Of a stretch of 64,000 nucleotides of DNA, positions 34,824 to 58,100 are shown one piece after another (the stretch's first letter is position 1; the number at the start of each line of letters is the position of its first letter). The position numbers were made by a program, and so were the translations under genes. Source of the stretch: Callorhinchus milii (Eukaryota); NCBI RefSeq assembly GCF_018977255.1, contig NW_024704747.1, forward strand, positions 930,001 to 994,000. Direction: 5' to 3'. The notes below the pieces were generated by a model. It had not been told where the DNA came from, ran no database searches, and worked only from the letters and a program-made list of their open reading frames with translations.

Positions 34824-35844
34824 ATTCGCACGGGAGAACAGAAAGGGTTAACTGAGACAGATGGCAGGAGCCCAACAGTGGCTGGGGATCAGGTTACATT
34901 CAGAAGGCCAGAGGTTTCGGCAACGGGATGTTCAAGGTCAGATCATTGCTAAAGACTACGCACATTCAGCCAAGATATTCCAGTGGAAAATGGAAACCGA
35001 GATGGATAAATCTTCAGTGCCGCAATCACTTTTAAATCGAGTTTCTAATAAATGCTGAAGTTACACATTATTAAGCTTGCTGACCAACAGCTTCCAATTG
35101 CCTTGAGAAAAGGGTCAACAGATGCCAACATACGGGGGGGAAAGGCGGGGAAAGGGGGGAGGGGGGTAGAGAGCGTGACAACCAATAGTGCAATATAATA
35201 AGTTGAGTTCTGGCAAAGTGTTGTGGACCTGAAACGTTGACTTACTTCCCTCTCTCCATGTTTCAGATTTCCAGCATCTGCTGTGCTTTGAGTTTTGGAT
35301 AATAAATTGACCAGTGGCTCAAACCCATCGCTTTCCTCAGTTTAGGTCTATTAAAATCAGCACATGGTTACACTTAGCACAGTAATAATAAGTAATAACC
35401 TTGCATAATAATCCCTCCAAAACAAAAGTCGTTCAGCCCACGACTGTGTGTGTGGGGGACGCTGCTGCAGGCAATTGGCTGCTGCGTTTCGCCCAACAAA
35501 ATAGGCAGTCGCGATACTCGACCGTGTATCCCGTGAAGCCCTTTGAGACGTCTCGACGACGCGATCAGGCGCCGGGTCAAATGCAAGGATTATTATCGTT
35601 ACGCATTAACTGCTGAGTTTCTCAGTCGTCGTAATGATAATAACAATGACTGGATTGCCAGTGGCTGAAGATATGGGAGGTGGTGGGTGGGAGGGGGGAG
35701 AGGGGGTGAAAGAGCAGGAGAGGGTAAGCAAAGGGAAGTAATAAATAGTCCCAGCTCTTGAGCATCAGGACTCTCTGCCCATCAGTGCTCTCTCTCTCTT
35801 TTTTTTACGCAATGCTGCACATANCCCCCCGTCCCCCACCCTCC

Positions 35845-36300
35845 ACCCTCCTCGCATCGCAAACGCCAGGGGTCCGGGTTCGATTCCCGGGCGGGGCGAA
35901 ATCTCAGGCCAGTTCCCTTACTCCGCACCTCTCCGCTAACCGAGCAGTAACCAGGAACCTGGTTGTTTGTCGACCTGGGTTTGATTTCCGACAGGATGAA
36001 AGGTTGGATAGGTTTTCTTACCCCACACAAGTCTGTCTCCCAGCAGTAAGTAGGAACTCAGTTGTTAGTCGATTGGCGGATCGCTTTTCCAGGGGGTAAT
36101 AATCCCTACAAAAAACAATAATAATTTGGTCACTCAATCCACAACTGTTTGTGGGACACTGCTGTGCGCAATTAGCTGCCGCGTTTCACCCACAAAGTAT
36201 AGTCAATTCACGTTACAGTATATCCCGGGAAGCGCTTGGAGACATCTCGAAGATGTGATAATGGCGCTATATGAAATGCAAGGATTATTATTGTTATTAT
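35845..36300 (+). mobile_element. tRNA-derived SINE with a duplicated 5' part
   Basis: Two consecutive B-box and body starts followed by one family tail. Confidence 0.7.
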
Positions 36301-36861
36301 CGTGAGGGGAGTACGAGAGGTGAAAGGGAATGACTAAACAACGAGGTGGAAATCTTAAACGATGAAGAACCTGTGAAGCACTTCAGTTTCAATGTGATAA
36401 GACAAAATACAATTTATCTCCAGTTCCCTCTGCAGGTCACAAACTGCCCGACAGCAACAGCTGATTGTGACTGAAACAGACACACGATGGCAGCGTTGTG
36501 TTGTGCGTACACCGAGTGTGGACTCGCCTCGTTCTGATCCTGCGGGTGCTCAAAGCAACACAGTCATCCAAGTGAATAATCCTGGCCGTGAGATGGACTG
36601 ACTTCCCCTTTGGATGGGGTGCTTTGACACCGAGTGACGCACCCCTCCCTCGCCTCCTTCAAGGCCCGTCTCAAGACCTTCCTTTTCGACCGTGCCTTCG
36701 GTCATCTTCCCTCCCCCGCCCTCCACCCCTCTCTGATCCAAACCCCCAGGTCAGATGCAAACCCCTCATTGCCCAGGGCCTTGGGACCACCTCCCGACGT
36801 GAAAGGCGCTGTATAAATGCAATTGGTTGTTGTCAATGAGCCATGACAAACCAAGATTGGT

Positions 36862-36862
36862 G

Positions 36863-36893
<31 letters not shown>
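36862..36893 (+). repeat. (TAA)n microsatellite (expanded SINE tail)
   Basis: Read directly; abuts a minus-strand SINE tail. Confidence 0.85.
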
Positions 36894-36894
<1 letters not shown>

Positions 36895-37489
36895 CCTTGC
36901 ATTTGTATAGTGCCTTATCACATCGGAAGGATGTTCAAAGCGCTTCACGGGATATACTGTAATGTGGATTCATTGTGATTTTGTGGGCGAAACTCGGCAG
37001 CCAATTGCGCACAACCGGTCCCACAAACAGCCGTGGAACGAGTGACCAATTTTATTTGGGGGGATTGTTGGCCAGGACACCGGGAGAGAGACGCTCGACT
37101 TAGACGATGTGAATCCAAGTCCTGATGTGGGATAGATTCCAATCGCTGCTCTGCCTGATTTAGCTGATCTCGGTATCTGGGCTTAAGGGGATCTCGATGC
37201 AGGGAGGTACACCTGCTGTATATTGTCTGTGAGTCACAGCCTGTGAACCACACGAGGAGTGCATACGTGTCTGTCTATGCCTTGTGTGGATGTATAAATA
37301 TCCCAGCCTTTTAATCTGGGATGTTACAATTATTCACACGCACTGTTGGGCACTATGGGCGTGAACTCACCACAGTCCAGGCTGATACTCAAGTGCATTA
37401 CAACAACAACTTGGGATTTTTATAGTGCCCCTCACGTGGGGTAGAGTCCTGGAGTGCTGACTGGGTTATTATTGCAAGGGTGTAAATCC

Positions 37490-37830
37490 ATTATTAATAA
37501 TCCTTGCATTTGATACAGCGCCTTAATACGTCTTCGAGACGTCTCAAAGCGCTTCACAGAATATACTGTAAAGTGAATTGACTGTATATTTTGTGGTGAA
37601 ACACGGCAGCCAATTGCGCACAGCAGTGTCCCCACAAACAGTCGTGTATTGAATGTCTAAATTATTTTTTTTTGGAGGATTAGTGACCCTGGAAAGCGAT
37701 CCACCAATCGACTAACAATGGCATTCCTACTTACTGCTGGTAAACAGAGGCGCGCGGATTAAGGAGACTTGTGGGTCTCGCCCCACCCGGGAATCAAACC
37801 CAGGTCCTCTCACTTGTTTGCAGGATTCTA
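37490..37830 (-). mobile_element. tRNA-derived SINE
   Basis: Reverse complement of the family consensus. Confidence 0.8.
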
Positions 37831-38119
37831 CATTATTATGAATATTATAATAATGTGTGTGTGTGTGTGTGTGTGCCAGGGCTGTAGCCACACCTGGTGA
37901 GCTTGCCTGTGTGTGTACAGTATATTGCAGCCTGTCACACACACACCTGGAGTGTGGGCTGGCGTTGGGTGCCAGTCACACCTCCACTCTGGGTGTGGGA
38001 AGGTTAAATAGGAGAGGAGGGTGGGAGCACATCCATAAGTAGGAGCTCACAGGAACCCTTCATAGGCTCAGTGTGAGACACCAGCAAAGCCTTTCAGCTC
38101 CCAAACACCAGGCTTCACC

Positions 38120-47441
<9,322 letters not shown>

Positions 47442-47894
47442 TAGGATTCTGACCTAATTCACGAATGAGGTTTCATAAAGTTAGGCTCTGTTTTGTTTTT
47501 AGAACTGATAAGAGTTGAATGAAAGTTGGGCTAAGGTAACGGGCGACTGAGAAAGTCCTATTTTCTATCTTATTTATTAAAACATATTTTGAGCCCAATT
47601 TTGGTGTTTATTCGTTTTATAATAATCCTGAGGTAAAGAGACTTTGTGAGCGAGTTCCGCTCTCTCTCTCTCTCTCGGTCTGTCTGTCTGGATATGTGTA
47701 TATTCCACTATCTCTGTCCGTGTTTTTCTCTCTGTATGCGTGGGACTGTCTCATGCTCTTTTTGTATGTGCGTGTCTCTCTCTATTTGTGCGTGTGTGTA
47801 CACATCCCTCGCTATTTCTCTCTCTCTCTCCTTGTGTATGCATTTCTCTCTTTGTACGTCTACGTGTTTAGAATCTCCATCTTTCCCGTGAGAC

Positions 47895-48122
47895 GTTAAC
47901 CAAGGTCCCACCTGCCTTTCAAGGTGGACGTTAAAGATCCCATGTTGCTGTTCGAAAAGAGGAAGGGGTTTCTCTCCCGGCGTCTTGGCCAACAATTCCC
48001 CCAAATAAAATCGGTCACACAATCCGCGTGGGTTTGTGGACGCTGCTGCGTGCAATTGGCTGCCGCATTTCGCCCATAAAATACACGGTCACTGCACTTT
48101 ATATCTTGTGATGCGCTTTGAG
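47895..48122 (+). mobile_element. Deu-domain SINE fragment (AmnSINE1/SacSINE1-like)
   Basis: GGTGGACGTTAAAGATCCCATG...TCTCCCGGCGTCTTGGCCAAC resembles the Deu domain as I recall it. Related fragments lie at ~22330-22445, ~28250-28385 and ~60630-60865. Confidence 0.6.
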
Positions 48123-48469
48123 GAGGAAGGAGTTGTGGAACAGCCACCCAAAGGTGGCCTGTACCTAACTTGACGCAAATCTGGACATGATGAACACGTG
48201 TTCAATACAGAACGTAAGCTCAAGAAATGTGACACTCAACCTGTGTCGGCAACGTCTCACAATGGTGAGCTGAGGAGTCAATTCAATGATGGTCCTTGCT
48301 GCACTGTCCCTGTACCGTAACTGAAGCTTTGAGTAAAACAACACCTCTCAACCATAATTGTCTTGCCTGAGGATGGGCGGCTTCAAAGATGTTCTTGACT
48401 CACAAGGTCACAACAGAGGTTCCAGGTGAAGAACGCCCAACTCATCTTATCCTTACAGCACCCAACCCT

Positions 48470-48780
48470 AATGATAATCATCCTTTTGGTATAGCACCTT
48501 ATCATGTCGTTGAGACGTCTCGAAGCACTTCACAGAATGTACTGTAAAGTGCAGTGACTGTGCATATTTTCTGGGCGAAATGCAACAGCCAATTGCGCAC
48601 AGCAGTGCCCCACGAACAGTCGTGGATTGAGTGACCACTTTTTTTTTTAAGAAAGGGTTTAACACCCCCAGAAAAGCGATCCGTCAATCGACTAACAACC
48701 GGGTTCCTGTTTACTGTTGGGTAAACAGAGGCGTGTGTGTGGAGTAAGGAAACTTGCCTAAGGTTTCGCCCTGCCCGGCA
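48470..48780 (-). mobile_element. tRNA-derived SINE (5'-truncated)
   Basis: Reverse complement of the family body and tail. Confidence 0.8.
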
Positions 48781-49621
48781 CATCTATTTTTATCTCGTCT
48801 ACAAGCTCTCTGAGATACCAACCCGTGTGAAACCTTCCTATTGGGATGGAATCATTGTAAATCCCTTCCTCGCTCACTCTCGCTTGCCCTGACATTTTAT
48901 TTTGTGAAGGATTTTTTGTGTGTGTGAGATATGGAAGCTAGGAGCGAATCAGAGCAAGTGAGTCGATCTGAGGCAGACTGCCGTGGGCCAGGGAGGGGAA
49001 GGATAAAGTGGGTACCTCCCAATTTACATTCCTCTATGGGGTGGGGTGCCACTGCAACTTTGAGACAGAAACTGGGTGTGAAACTACTAAAAATTACTTT
49101 CAAGCAGAAATGATGGTCATTGCTTGTCTGAACTTTTTCTTGTTCCTCCTAAGCTTATAAACCCCGGTGCCTTACACGCCCTGTATCCTCACTGTGCCCA
49201 AATAACCAGTCATTACACCACCTTGTGACTTCTTATTTTATAATAATACTTATATTTCACACAGCGCCTCATCGCGTCGTGCAGACGTCTCAAAGGGCTT
49301 CACAGAATATACTTTATAGTGGAGTGACTGTGTATTTTGTGGATGATTTTCTCCAGATCGGGAACTCTCCCTCAGGTTTCCTTTCCTCTGAACTCTACAA
49401 GACTCTTACTTCACTCTTCCCTTCCTCCAACACTCTGCGGCTAATCAAACAGCCAGAACTCAACACTAATTTAGGGTCAACTAACCTCCATTTTCTGACT
49501 TACGAAATCTTCTATTATGTTGTATTGTACAGTTCACAATATCTCAACTTCTCATCATGTTAACTGTTTCATAACACACTGCAATATGTTACACCTTGTA
49601 ACTCGCTCCTATTATTCTATA

Positions 49622-49960
49622 TGGGAATCCTGTAGCGCTCTGGTCAGAGCGCTCCCCTCGCAAGTGAGAGGACCCGGGTTCGATTCCCGGGCGGGGCAAA
49701 ACCTAAGGCAAATTTCCTTACTCCACACACGTCTCTGTTTACACAGCAGTCAGTAAGAACCCGGTTGTCAGTCGGTGGGCGGATCACTTACCGGGGGTAA
49801 TATTTCCTCCAAAACAAATAAATCAAAATAATAATAATTTGGTCACTCAATCCACTGCTGTGCGCAATTGCTGTTTCACCCACAAAATGCAGCGAATCCA
49901 CTTTACAGTGTATCCTGTGAAGCACTTTGAGACATCTCAACAACATGATAAGGCACTTAT
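49622..49960 (+). mobile_element. tRNA-derived SINE
   Basis: Family head with GGTTCGATTCC, plus tail. Confidence 0.8.
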
Positions 49961-52309
49961 AATAAGGAATATACAAACCTCTCAATAAGATTCCAGCCAT
50001 TAACTCACTGATAGGGATCTGATATTTCTATATGCAGCATAACCCCTGCCCCCCAAAAAAACTTTCGATTAGATTCTAGCCTGTAACTCACTCCAAAGAT
50101 AATCTATATGTGTAAATATATATACACACACAAATACACAACTCTCACTCACCTCTTCGGTTAGATTTCAGCCTGGTAACTCACTCCCCAGGATCTGGTT
50201 TCAAAACTATGTGACCCTGTCTCTGTAAGTACTGGTTACAGAGAGAGAGCTTTTTTTAAATGTTATGAAGGAAGGGCAACCAAATTGTTTCTGATAGCTC
50301 AATGTAATGTCTCCCATCCTGCCTGCCCTACCATCAGACACCAGGCCTTCAGCCTTTCCAACCTTTGGAACCATCCCAGTCCCTTCACCTCGCCTCGCCC
50401 CCTGCCTCGCCTCCTTCAAAGCCCGTCTCAATATCCTCCCCTTCGACCTCGCCTTTGGTTACCCTCCTACCCCTACTCTCCCTGCCCTCCACCCCTCCTG
50501 ATACCAACCCCCAGCTCTGGTCCAAATCCCCGACTATCCAGTCCTCTTGGAACGCCCTCCCGACTTGAAAGGCTCCGTGTAAATGTCATTTCGTGTTGTA
50601 TCAGGGAAACGCTGTAACATTGGGGAACTTGTGTGCGACAATGTCTGTCACTACGCTACAGGACTCCATGTGAACGGAGGAACTTACATAACTTGTGACA
50701 TGCTGACGGTTCCTCAGAGATGTACACTGCTGATTGCAGTCTGTGTTGCGATGGGGTGGGTGGGGGGGGGGGAAGAGACGAAAAAAAATCAAGGAGACAT
50801 CTTTGTGCTTAAATTGCAAAACCAAGCTGTATTTGGGTTTACAGTTCTCTACGTTCTCGAAGTTTAAATACAGGAGCAATGATTAAAACAAAAATTACAA
50901 TTTATTAAAAATAAAAGTGAGTTTAAAAGACTTTGGTTTAAATAAAATCAATCCATATTCTGCCTGGAATGTACATACACTAAAACCCTGGCTAGCCGGG
51001 CTACTTGGGATTGGGTCGGGTTGGGGGGGTGGAGAGGGCGTGGTGAGGGGGAGGAGATCCCATTCGATGAGCCGGAATTTCTGGCTAAGTATAATTATTG
51101 CCATTAATGCACTGACCAGCATTTCTCGACACTGCGTTCATTTTTATGCACAAATGTACAGTGTGTGGACCTCAGCTATCTTCTGCCCACTCACCAAAGC
51201 AGGCCTACACGTAGACAATGTGTAACGGAGCCAGGCTAGTGAGGAGGGTGAGGTGGGGAGCTGTGGGCATCATGTGGGCTATTCATGGTGGCGTTGGCAC
51301 GTGCCAGGAGAGTTGGGCTGGCGGGAGACTACATTCAGGCAGGTGGGCTCACAGAACTTTTTTTTTAATCTGGGCCTTATCAGGTTCATATTCCAGATAC
51401 CTGGAGTCTGATAAACCAGAGATTTACTGTACCTACACTACCACTGGTTAAAGTTAGTGATTTAGCCAAGTTACAGAAAACCAACCTAACTCTTTGAAGA
51501 CCGAAGGGATCGGAAGTGAAATAATCAAGATGCATCCAACGGATGGAGATCAACAACCTAATAAAATGTTCAACACACGGACACACAGAGAGTGTGTACG
51601 GCACACTACACACGACCCTCACACCACACAGAGGTGTACAGAGAGTGCAGACTTTACAGAGAGCGGTTGGTGAGTGTGTAATGCACAATGCAGGGGAGGC
51701 AGATTCAAAATGGAAATTGATAGCGGTCTGACAAAGAACTCTATTAAGGGATGTGAGAGATGGTAACCGTTGAGATAAAAACTGTTAAGACTGGCGAGAT
51801 GGACGCAATGGTCTTTGTCAGTCCTCTACATTCCTAGGTTCAGTGCAGCGATCATATATACAAAGGCAACATGAAATGGAAGAAGAAAGCACTACATGTG
51901 TGTTCAGGCCATACACATGCGAAGAGAGGTGCGGGTAAGGTGTTGGGAACAGTCTAAGAGTAGGAGTCTTTTTGGAAGGAGCAGTCAATTCAATCCACTG
52001 CATTACTGACAGGAGGCTGAGCACGAGCACTAGTCAAATTCAAAGCAATGAAAGTCTCCGATTCAGATGAACTCAGAGAGAGTGCGTGGAATCCTAATGA
52101 ATCTCTTGCTTCCGATAATTAAAACAGACTTAAAACAAAATCAAGCCAAACATTTTGTAACAGGATGACCATCAGATAAATTCAAAAGTGCATGCATGCT
52201 CACGTCCAGTTTTCCTAATACTTATATAAAATCGAGAGCAGCAGAGACCTGAAATTCCACCCAGTCTTAGCCTGTGACACCGCAATGTTGCAACTCTGCC
52301 CCAGCAACA

Positions 52310-52672
52310 ATAATAATCCTTGCACTTCATACAGCGCCTTATCACGTCTTCGAGATGTCTCAAAGCGCTTCACAGAATATATCCTAAAGTGTAGTGACTG
52401 TATATTTTGTGAGCAAAAGGCGGCAGCCAATTGCGCACAGCAGCGTCCCATAAACAGTCGTGGATTGAGTGACCAAATTATTATTTTTTTTGAAGGGATT
52501 ATTACCCCCGAAAAAATGATCCGCCAATCGACTAACAACCGGGTTCCGACTTACTGCTGGGTAAACAGAGGTGTGTGAAGGCAGGAAACTTGCCCAACGG
52601 TTCGCCCTGCCCGGGAATCGAAACTTGGTCCTCTCGCTTGCAAGCGCGCCATCCACTATGCTTCAGGACTCC
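52310..52672 (-). mobile_element. Full-length tRNA-derived SINE
   Basis: Reverse complement of the consensus. Confidence 0.82.
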
Positions 52673-54269
52673 ACGGATAAAACTGGGATGGAGCCAGAAT
52701 GTAATGTTCTTACATTACATTTAGATATAAAGGTCAGGATCCAATTTCTCTCCAAAGTGAGATACCATATAATTAGGGAGGTGTGGTCCATTATAGTGTA
52801 AGTAAAGGCATGTGTTAAAAGGAAATTACAAATGTCCTTAATTTTTTAAGAAACCACTAATTCTTTTCACTGGTTAGGCAAGCTTCCTTACTGCACAAGT
52901 CTCTGCTTACCTAGCATTAAGTAGGAACCCAGTTGTTAATCGATTGGTGGATCGTTTTCTCCGGGGATAATAATCTCTTCAAAGAAAATAAAATATAAAA
53001 ATAATTTGGTCACTTAATCCATGACGGTTCGTGGAACACTGCTGTGCACAATTGGATGCTGCATTTCACCCATAAAACATATTATATTCTGTGAAGCACT
53101 TAAGAGATTTCTAGAAGATGTTATAAGGCGCTATAATAATAAATAATAATCCTTGCATTTGATATAGCACTTTTCACATCTTCTAGACAGTTTGCAATAT
53201 TCTATACCGATCAAATAGGAGCTTTTGGTTAGTCTCCAGAAACTAATGCCCAAACTGAATCCATTGTCTTTCTATAGATCAAAGATGATATTTTTGTCTT
53301 TTCACTTCCAGAAACACACATAATATTTACGGGTTATGAAGGGAGCAGATGGGCCGGTTGCGGCTCGTGGGCCGTCAGTTAGACCACCCTGTTATATTAT
53401 ATTACAGAGATTATATTACAGAAAATGGGGAGGAATATTCACACTTTACGAGTCACCAAAGATAAGCCTCCTGCGTGTGATTGGGATCTCTGTAGGAGTA
53501 GTTGGGTGGTGGCTGTGCTCTCTCTAATCCATTGGTCCCTCGCTCACTGCGCCTGGCTGTGGGGTATTGGGGGTCCGGGCATGGAATGGAACCCACATAC
53601 CCAGGCACCTTCCCCAGAGCTGATCAGTTTAGTAAGAAAAATAAAATAAAACTGTCCCGGCTGTACTGTACCATTCCAGCCAAGGCTGAATTGATTACAT
53701 TTAACAGTGATATTTTTTGGCCAACTGGGTGTCTGACACATGCGGAAACCCATCACCATGCTTAAGAGTCTCCAAACTAAGCTGAGAACACCTACAGCAT
53801 GCATCCCACCAACAGTAGTGATATAAGCAGGTGAGGATTGGGGGAATGAGCAGAGCAGAGGATTCCTCCAAACACAGGCAGCTGATTATTTCCTTGACTC
53901 CCCACCCCACCCACCACCCCATTCTAAATTTGGGGGAAAGAAAGAGAGCGATCTTTAAGCGTTTGTGACTCTGGTGTAAACTTGAGACGAGGAACAGTTC
54001 CAATCAGATTGAAGGCAGTGGTCTGCGCTCAATTATTTATCTCAATTACATGCCGCTCTTCTCAGGTGACTATGGAAAACTTTAGGATTTAATACCCGGG
54101 TCCTCATTGGATTCCTCTCGCCCCTTAGCCTAACACCGCTGCCTTAAAAATATACGATTGCGTGTCATTTTTGAAAAACAGTCTTAAATTCGGAAGCAAA
54201 GCAGCCAAAACGAGTTGCGAAAAACCCACATCCAAATAAATATTGAATTTATGAATTTTGCAAAATAAG

Positions 54270-54618
54270 AATTACTCTTGCATTTAATCTACTGCCTTAT
54301 CACGTCAATGAGACGTCTCAAAGCGCTTCACAGCGTATATTGTTAAGGAAACTGACTGTATTTTGGGAGCAGAATGTGCCAATTGTGCAGCAATGTTCCA
54401 TAAATAGTCGAGTGACCAAATTATTCTTTTTGTTTGGAGATTATTATCCCGGAAAGGGATCCGCCAATTGACAAACAACTGGTTTTCTACTTACTGCTAG
54501 ATAAACAGATGGTGTGTGCAGTAAGGAAACTTGCATAAGGTTTCACCCCGTCCACGAATCGAATCTGGGTCCTCTCGCTTGTAAGGCGAGCGCTCTAACC
54601 ACTATGCCACAGGACTCC
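54270..54618 (-). mobile_element. Full-length tRNA-derived SINE
   Basis: Reverse complement of the consensus. Confidence 0.8.
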
Positions 54619-55125
54619 AAGCTTATGCACAATCTTAAAATTTATGATCACGGTCTTAAGGCCAGGAACATTAAAAAAAACTCAGGCTTAAATTTCAATA
54701 CATTTAACATTCCCCCCCACTCCCAAAAAACACCAACCTCTATTCACTAAGAGTACCGCAGAAGGCTGGACACAGCAGAAGGCACCTTGGGGTTGTAAAG
54801 CGGGTGGGAAGATAGTGGATTAGAAATCAGACCAGTCTGAGGAATATTCAATGGAAAGCAAAGAGAAAAAGCCAAGAATCCATTTGACTGCCTATAAATG
54901 GAAAATCACAACTACAATAGTTTCTCTTTCCCCTAAAGAAATAACAGTCTGGATGACGTGAAAGCCAAAGGATGGTTTGACGTATTGTGCAGCAATTGGA
55001 AGCTATGGTGGCAGGATTTAGAGATTCTGCTTCTGTGCAAAAGTTTTCCGGTCAGGATTTTCATGCTGAACTGTGTCAGGAATCGCTCTCTCGGGTCTAC
55101 ATGATGAGTTGGACCTCAGGAGCCT

Positions 55126-58100
55126 TCATATCCGGCTGGTCTCCTGGATGTTCCCCGGGGGCTGTAACTGTTCACTCTGGCTCAGCACCCAACTGATGTT
55201 TGGTCTCTCTTGGGGATTGACAACCATCATAGACCTCAGCAGGTGCTGCAGGTTGTCGAATGCCTGCAGTACAAAGCAGAGACCTCTCGTTCAGTGCGAT
55301 GCATCTCACACAGAAAAGAAAACTGTAAGGAAACTGGGACCAAACTCCCTTCACCATTACTCTTTCTCTCCCTGACCTCAAGACCCAACTCTTTGACTGT
55401 GTCTCTGGTCAAGCCCCCCTTCTCCTCTCCCCAGCTGTGTGTGTGTTTCCCTATTAGCTCTGTAAGGTGCTTTGAGACTCCCGTCCTACCTGAAAGGTAC
55501 TACAAGTTGCCAGGACATGAGACAAGGCTTCATCATCTGTTAGGTACTCGTTTTCTCTCTTGTTTTCCCACTATAGAAACTTTCCTCACCTCTCTTTGAT
55601 TTGAGAAACAGCTTGGTGCTGGAATGGGAAGTCAGCGGGGAAGGTGGACATGCTGGAAGGATGTGATCAATGAGATGAAAGACCTTCTTCAACTTTGTTC
55701 AAATCGCTCGTGTAATTGAACCTTCCCCTCTCGCCCTCTCCCTCTCTCCTTCCTCCTAACCTCCAAATTCACAGTTCCTACATGCACTGCTTTTTTCTTC
55801 ATCGTGTTACAATTACAACTCGCTCCCAGGCAGTCCTCTCCAAGGAACAGGCAGAGATTCATTCTGCCCGGCAAGCATGTTCTGGATCTTTCATTCCCTT
55901 TTCCCCTACTTTCCCCAGACGCTTTAAGACCTTTACTTCTCATGTTTCTCTCCATTTCACTCCTCAACTCCCTCTATTCTAACGTTCCTGTGCTCACTCT
56001 CTCAGGCAGAAAACTCTTTGGTTTGATGGAACCTTGCTCTAATTTTTAACATTCAAATTTTCAAGACTGAGGTGAATAGGTGCTTGTTAGGGTATCAAGG
56101 GATACGGGGCAAAAATCAGTAATTGGGGTTGAGGTACAGATCAGTCGTGATCTAATATAATGGCAGAACAGGCTCGAGGGACTGAATGGCCTCTTCCTGT
56201 TCCTATATTCTAATCCCTCTGCAAAAGATGAAACCTCGGACGTGGCATTCTGAGATTTTCATTATAAATTTTAGTATCTTGGTGGGTGGGTGGGTGGGTG
56301 GGAATTTGGACGCATGATGTGTTAACTATCACATCGTTGATAAATAAAAAAATAAACTTTTCCTTTGATAGCACCTCATATCAAAACATCAGAAACCTTT
56401 TACAATATTTATCGTGGAGTGCAGTGACCGTTTTTGTAGGTCTACAAAACAGTTATGAGGTGAATGCGCACTCTGCAAGCGCTCTGAGACGCCACTTGGC
56501 ATGGAGGGCGCTATGTAAGTGCAAGTTGTTGCTGTTGTTGAATGGCCAATATTTTGGAGGATTGTTGGCCAGGGCACTAGGGAGAAACTCCTTTCTTTAT
56601 TCCAATATCATCGTAGGATCTTTTCTAATAATAATCCTTGCATTTGACATAGCGCCTTATCATGTCGTCGACACATCTCAAAGTGCTTCACAGAGTATAC
56701 TGTAAAGAGGTTTGTGGGCGAAACATGACGGCCAATTATGCACAGAAGTGTCCAAACATCACCGGATCTGCAGAAACACCCAGGTGGAGAAAAAAATGGT
56801 TGATCGAGGAGATATCTAAAAACATCTCGTCCCAGCCTCAGTGACAATAGTCAGACCCAAAGTCAGCCATGGTGGCCATTACACCTTCGGTCTTAGGAGT
56901 GCTACTTTGTGAGATACTGGCTAACTCTACAAAAACGAGGCAGAGTGAAGCATTGCAATGACATGCTTTGCTGACCCAAACATGTACTGGACATTGGGGT
57001 GGCCTTAGGCCCAAGCAGTCAGTCACCCAAGGCCAGTCTTTAGTTTGATTGTCTCCACCATATTATAATAATAATCCCTGCATTTGATATAGTGCCTTAT
57101 CACGTCACTGAGACGTCTCAAAGCGCTTCACAGAATATGTGTTTTGTGCCGAGACGAGGCAGCCGATTGCGCACAGCAGCGTGAAACAAACAGTCGTGGA
57201 TTGAGTGACCAGTGACCAAAATTTTTTTTTTCTTTCTTGTTTTTGAGAGTTTATTATCCCCATGATCCACCAAATGACTAACAACTGGGCTCCAACTTAC
57301 TACAACAACAACAACAACAACAACAAGATTCCATTTATAGAGCGCCTTTCACGTCAGGAGGACGTCCCAAGGCGCTGTACAGTTGGGTCATGACCCGAGC
57401 AGGGGGGAAATGGTCAGGGTGAGGGAAGGGAGGGAGCAAGGAGGGGGGAAATGGTCAGGGTGAGGGGAGGGAAGGGAGGGAGCGAGGAGGGGGAAGAGAG
57501 TCGAGAGGGGAGCTGAAGGCACGGTCAAAGAGAAAGGTTTTGAGACCGGCCTTGAAGGAGGAAAGGGAGGAAGCGGCGAAGGCACTGGGGGATGGAGTTC
57601 CAGAGCCTGGGGGCTGAGAGGCTGAAGGCCCGACCACCGATGGTAGGGCGGTTGGGGCGGGGGACGTGGAGCAGACCGGAGCCAGAGGAACTACAAGGTA
57701 AACAGATGCGTGTGGAGTAAGAAAACTTGCTTAAGGTTTCACTCCGACCTGGAATCAAACCCAGGTTCTCTCACCTGTGAGGCGAGCACACTAACCACTT
57801 CGCTTTTTTGATTCTTCTGCATACCTAGCACCAATCCCACTAGTCAGCAATACTGAAAGCCCAAGACCAACTGATCAAATCCATTGGTGAAAGAAAGAGG
57901 GACCGTGCAGATGAAACAGAGAGGAGACAAGAGACTGGCTTGGTATTGTGGCTTACCTGCAGTTTATAGGAATGGATATTGGATTCTGCACAGCCAAGGC
58001 CACGCTATCACCTTTGTGGAAAATACCATCGTATGGTCCTTCCAGGAACATCATAGCATACAGCACACAACCTAGGGACTGAGAGCCACATGCACATTAT

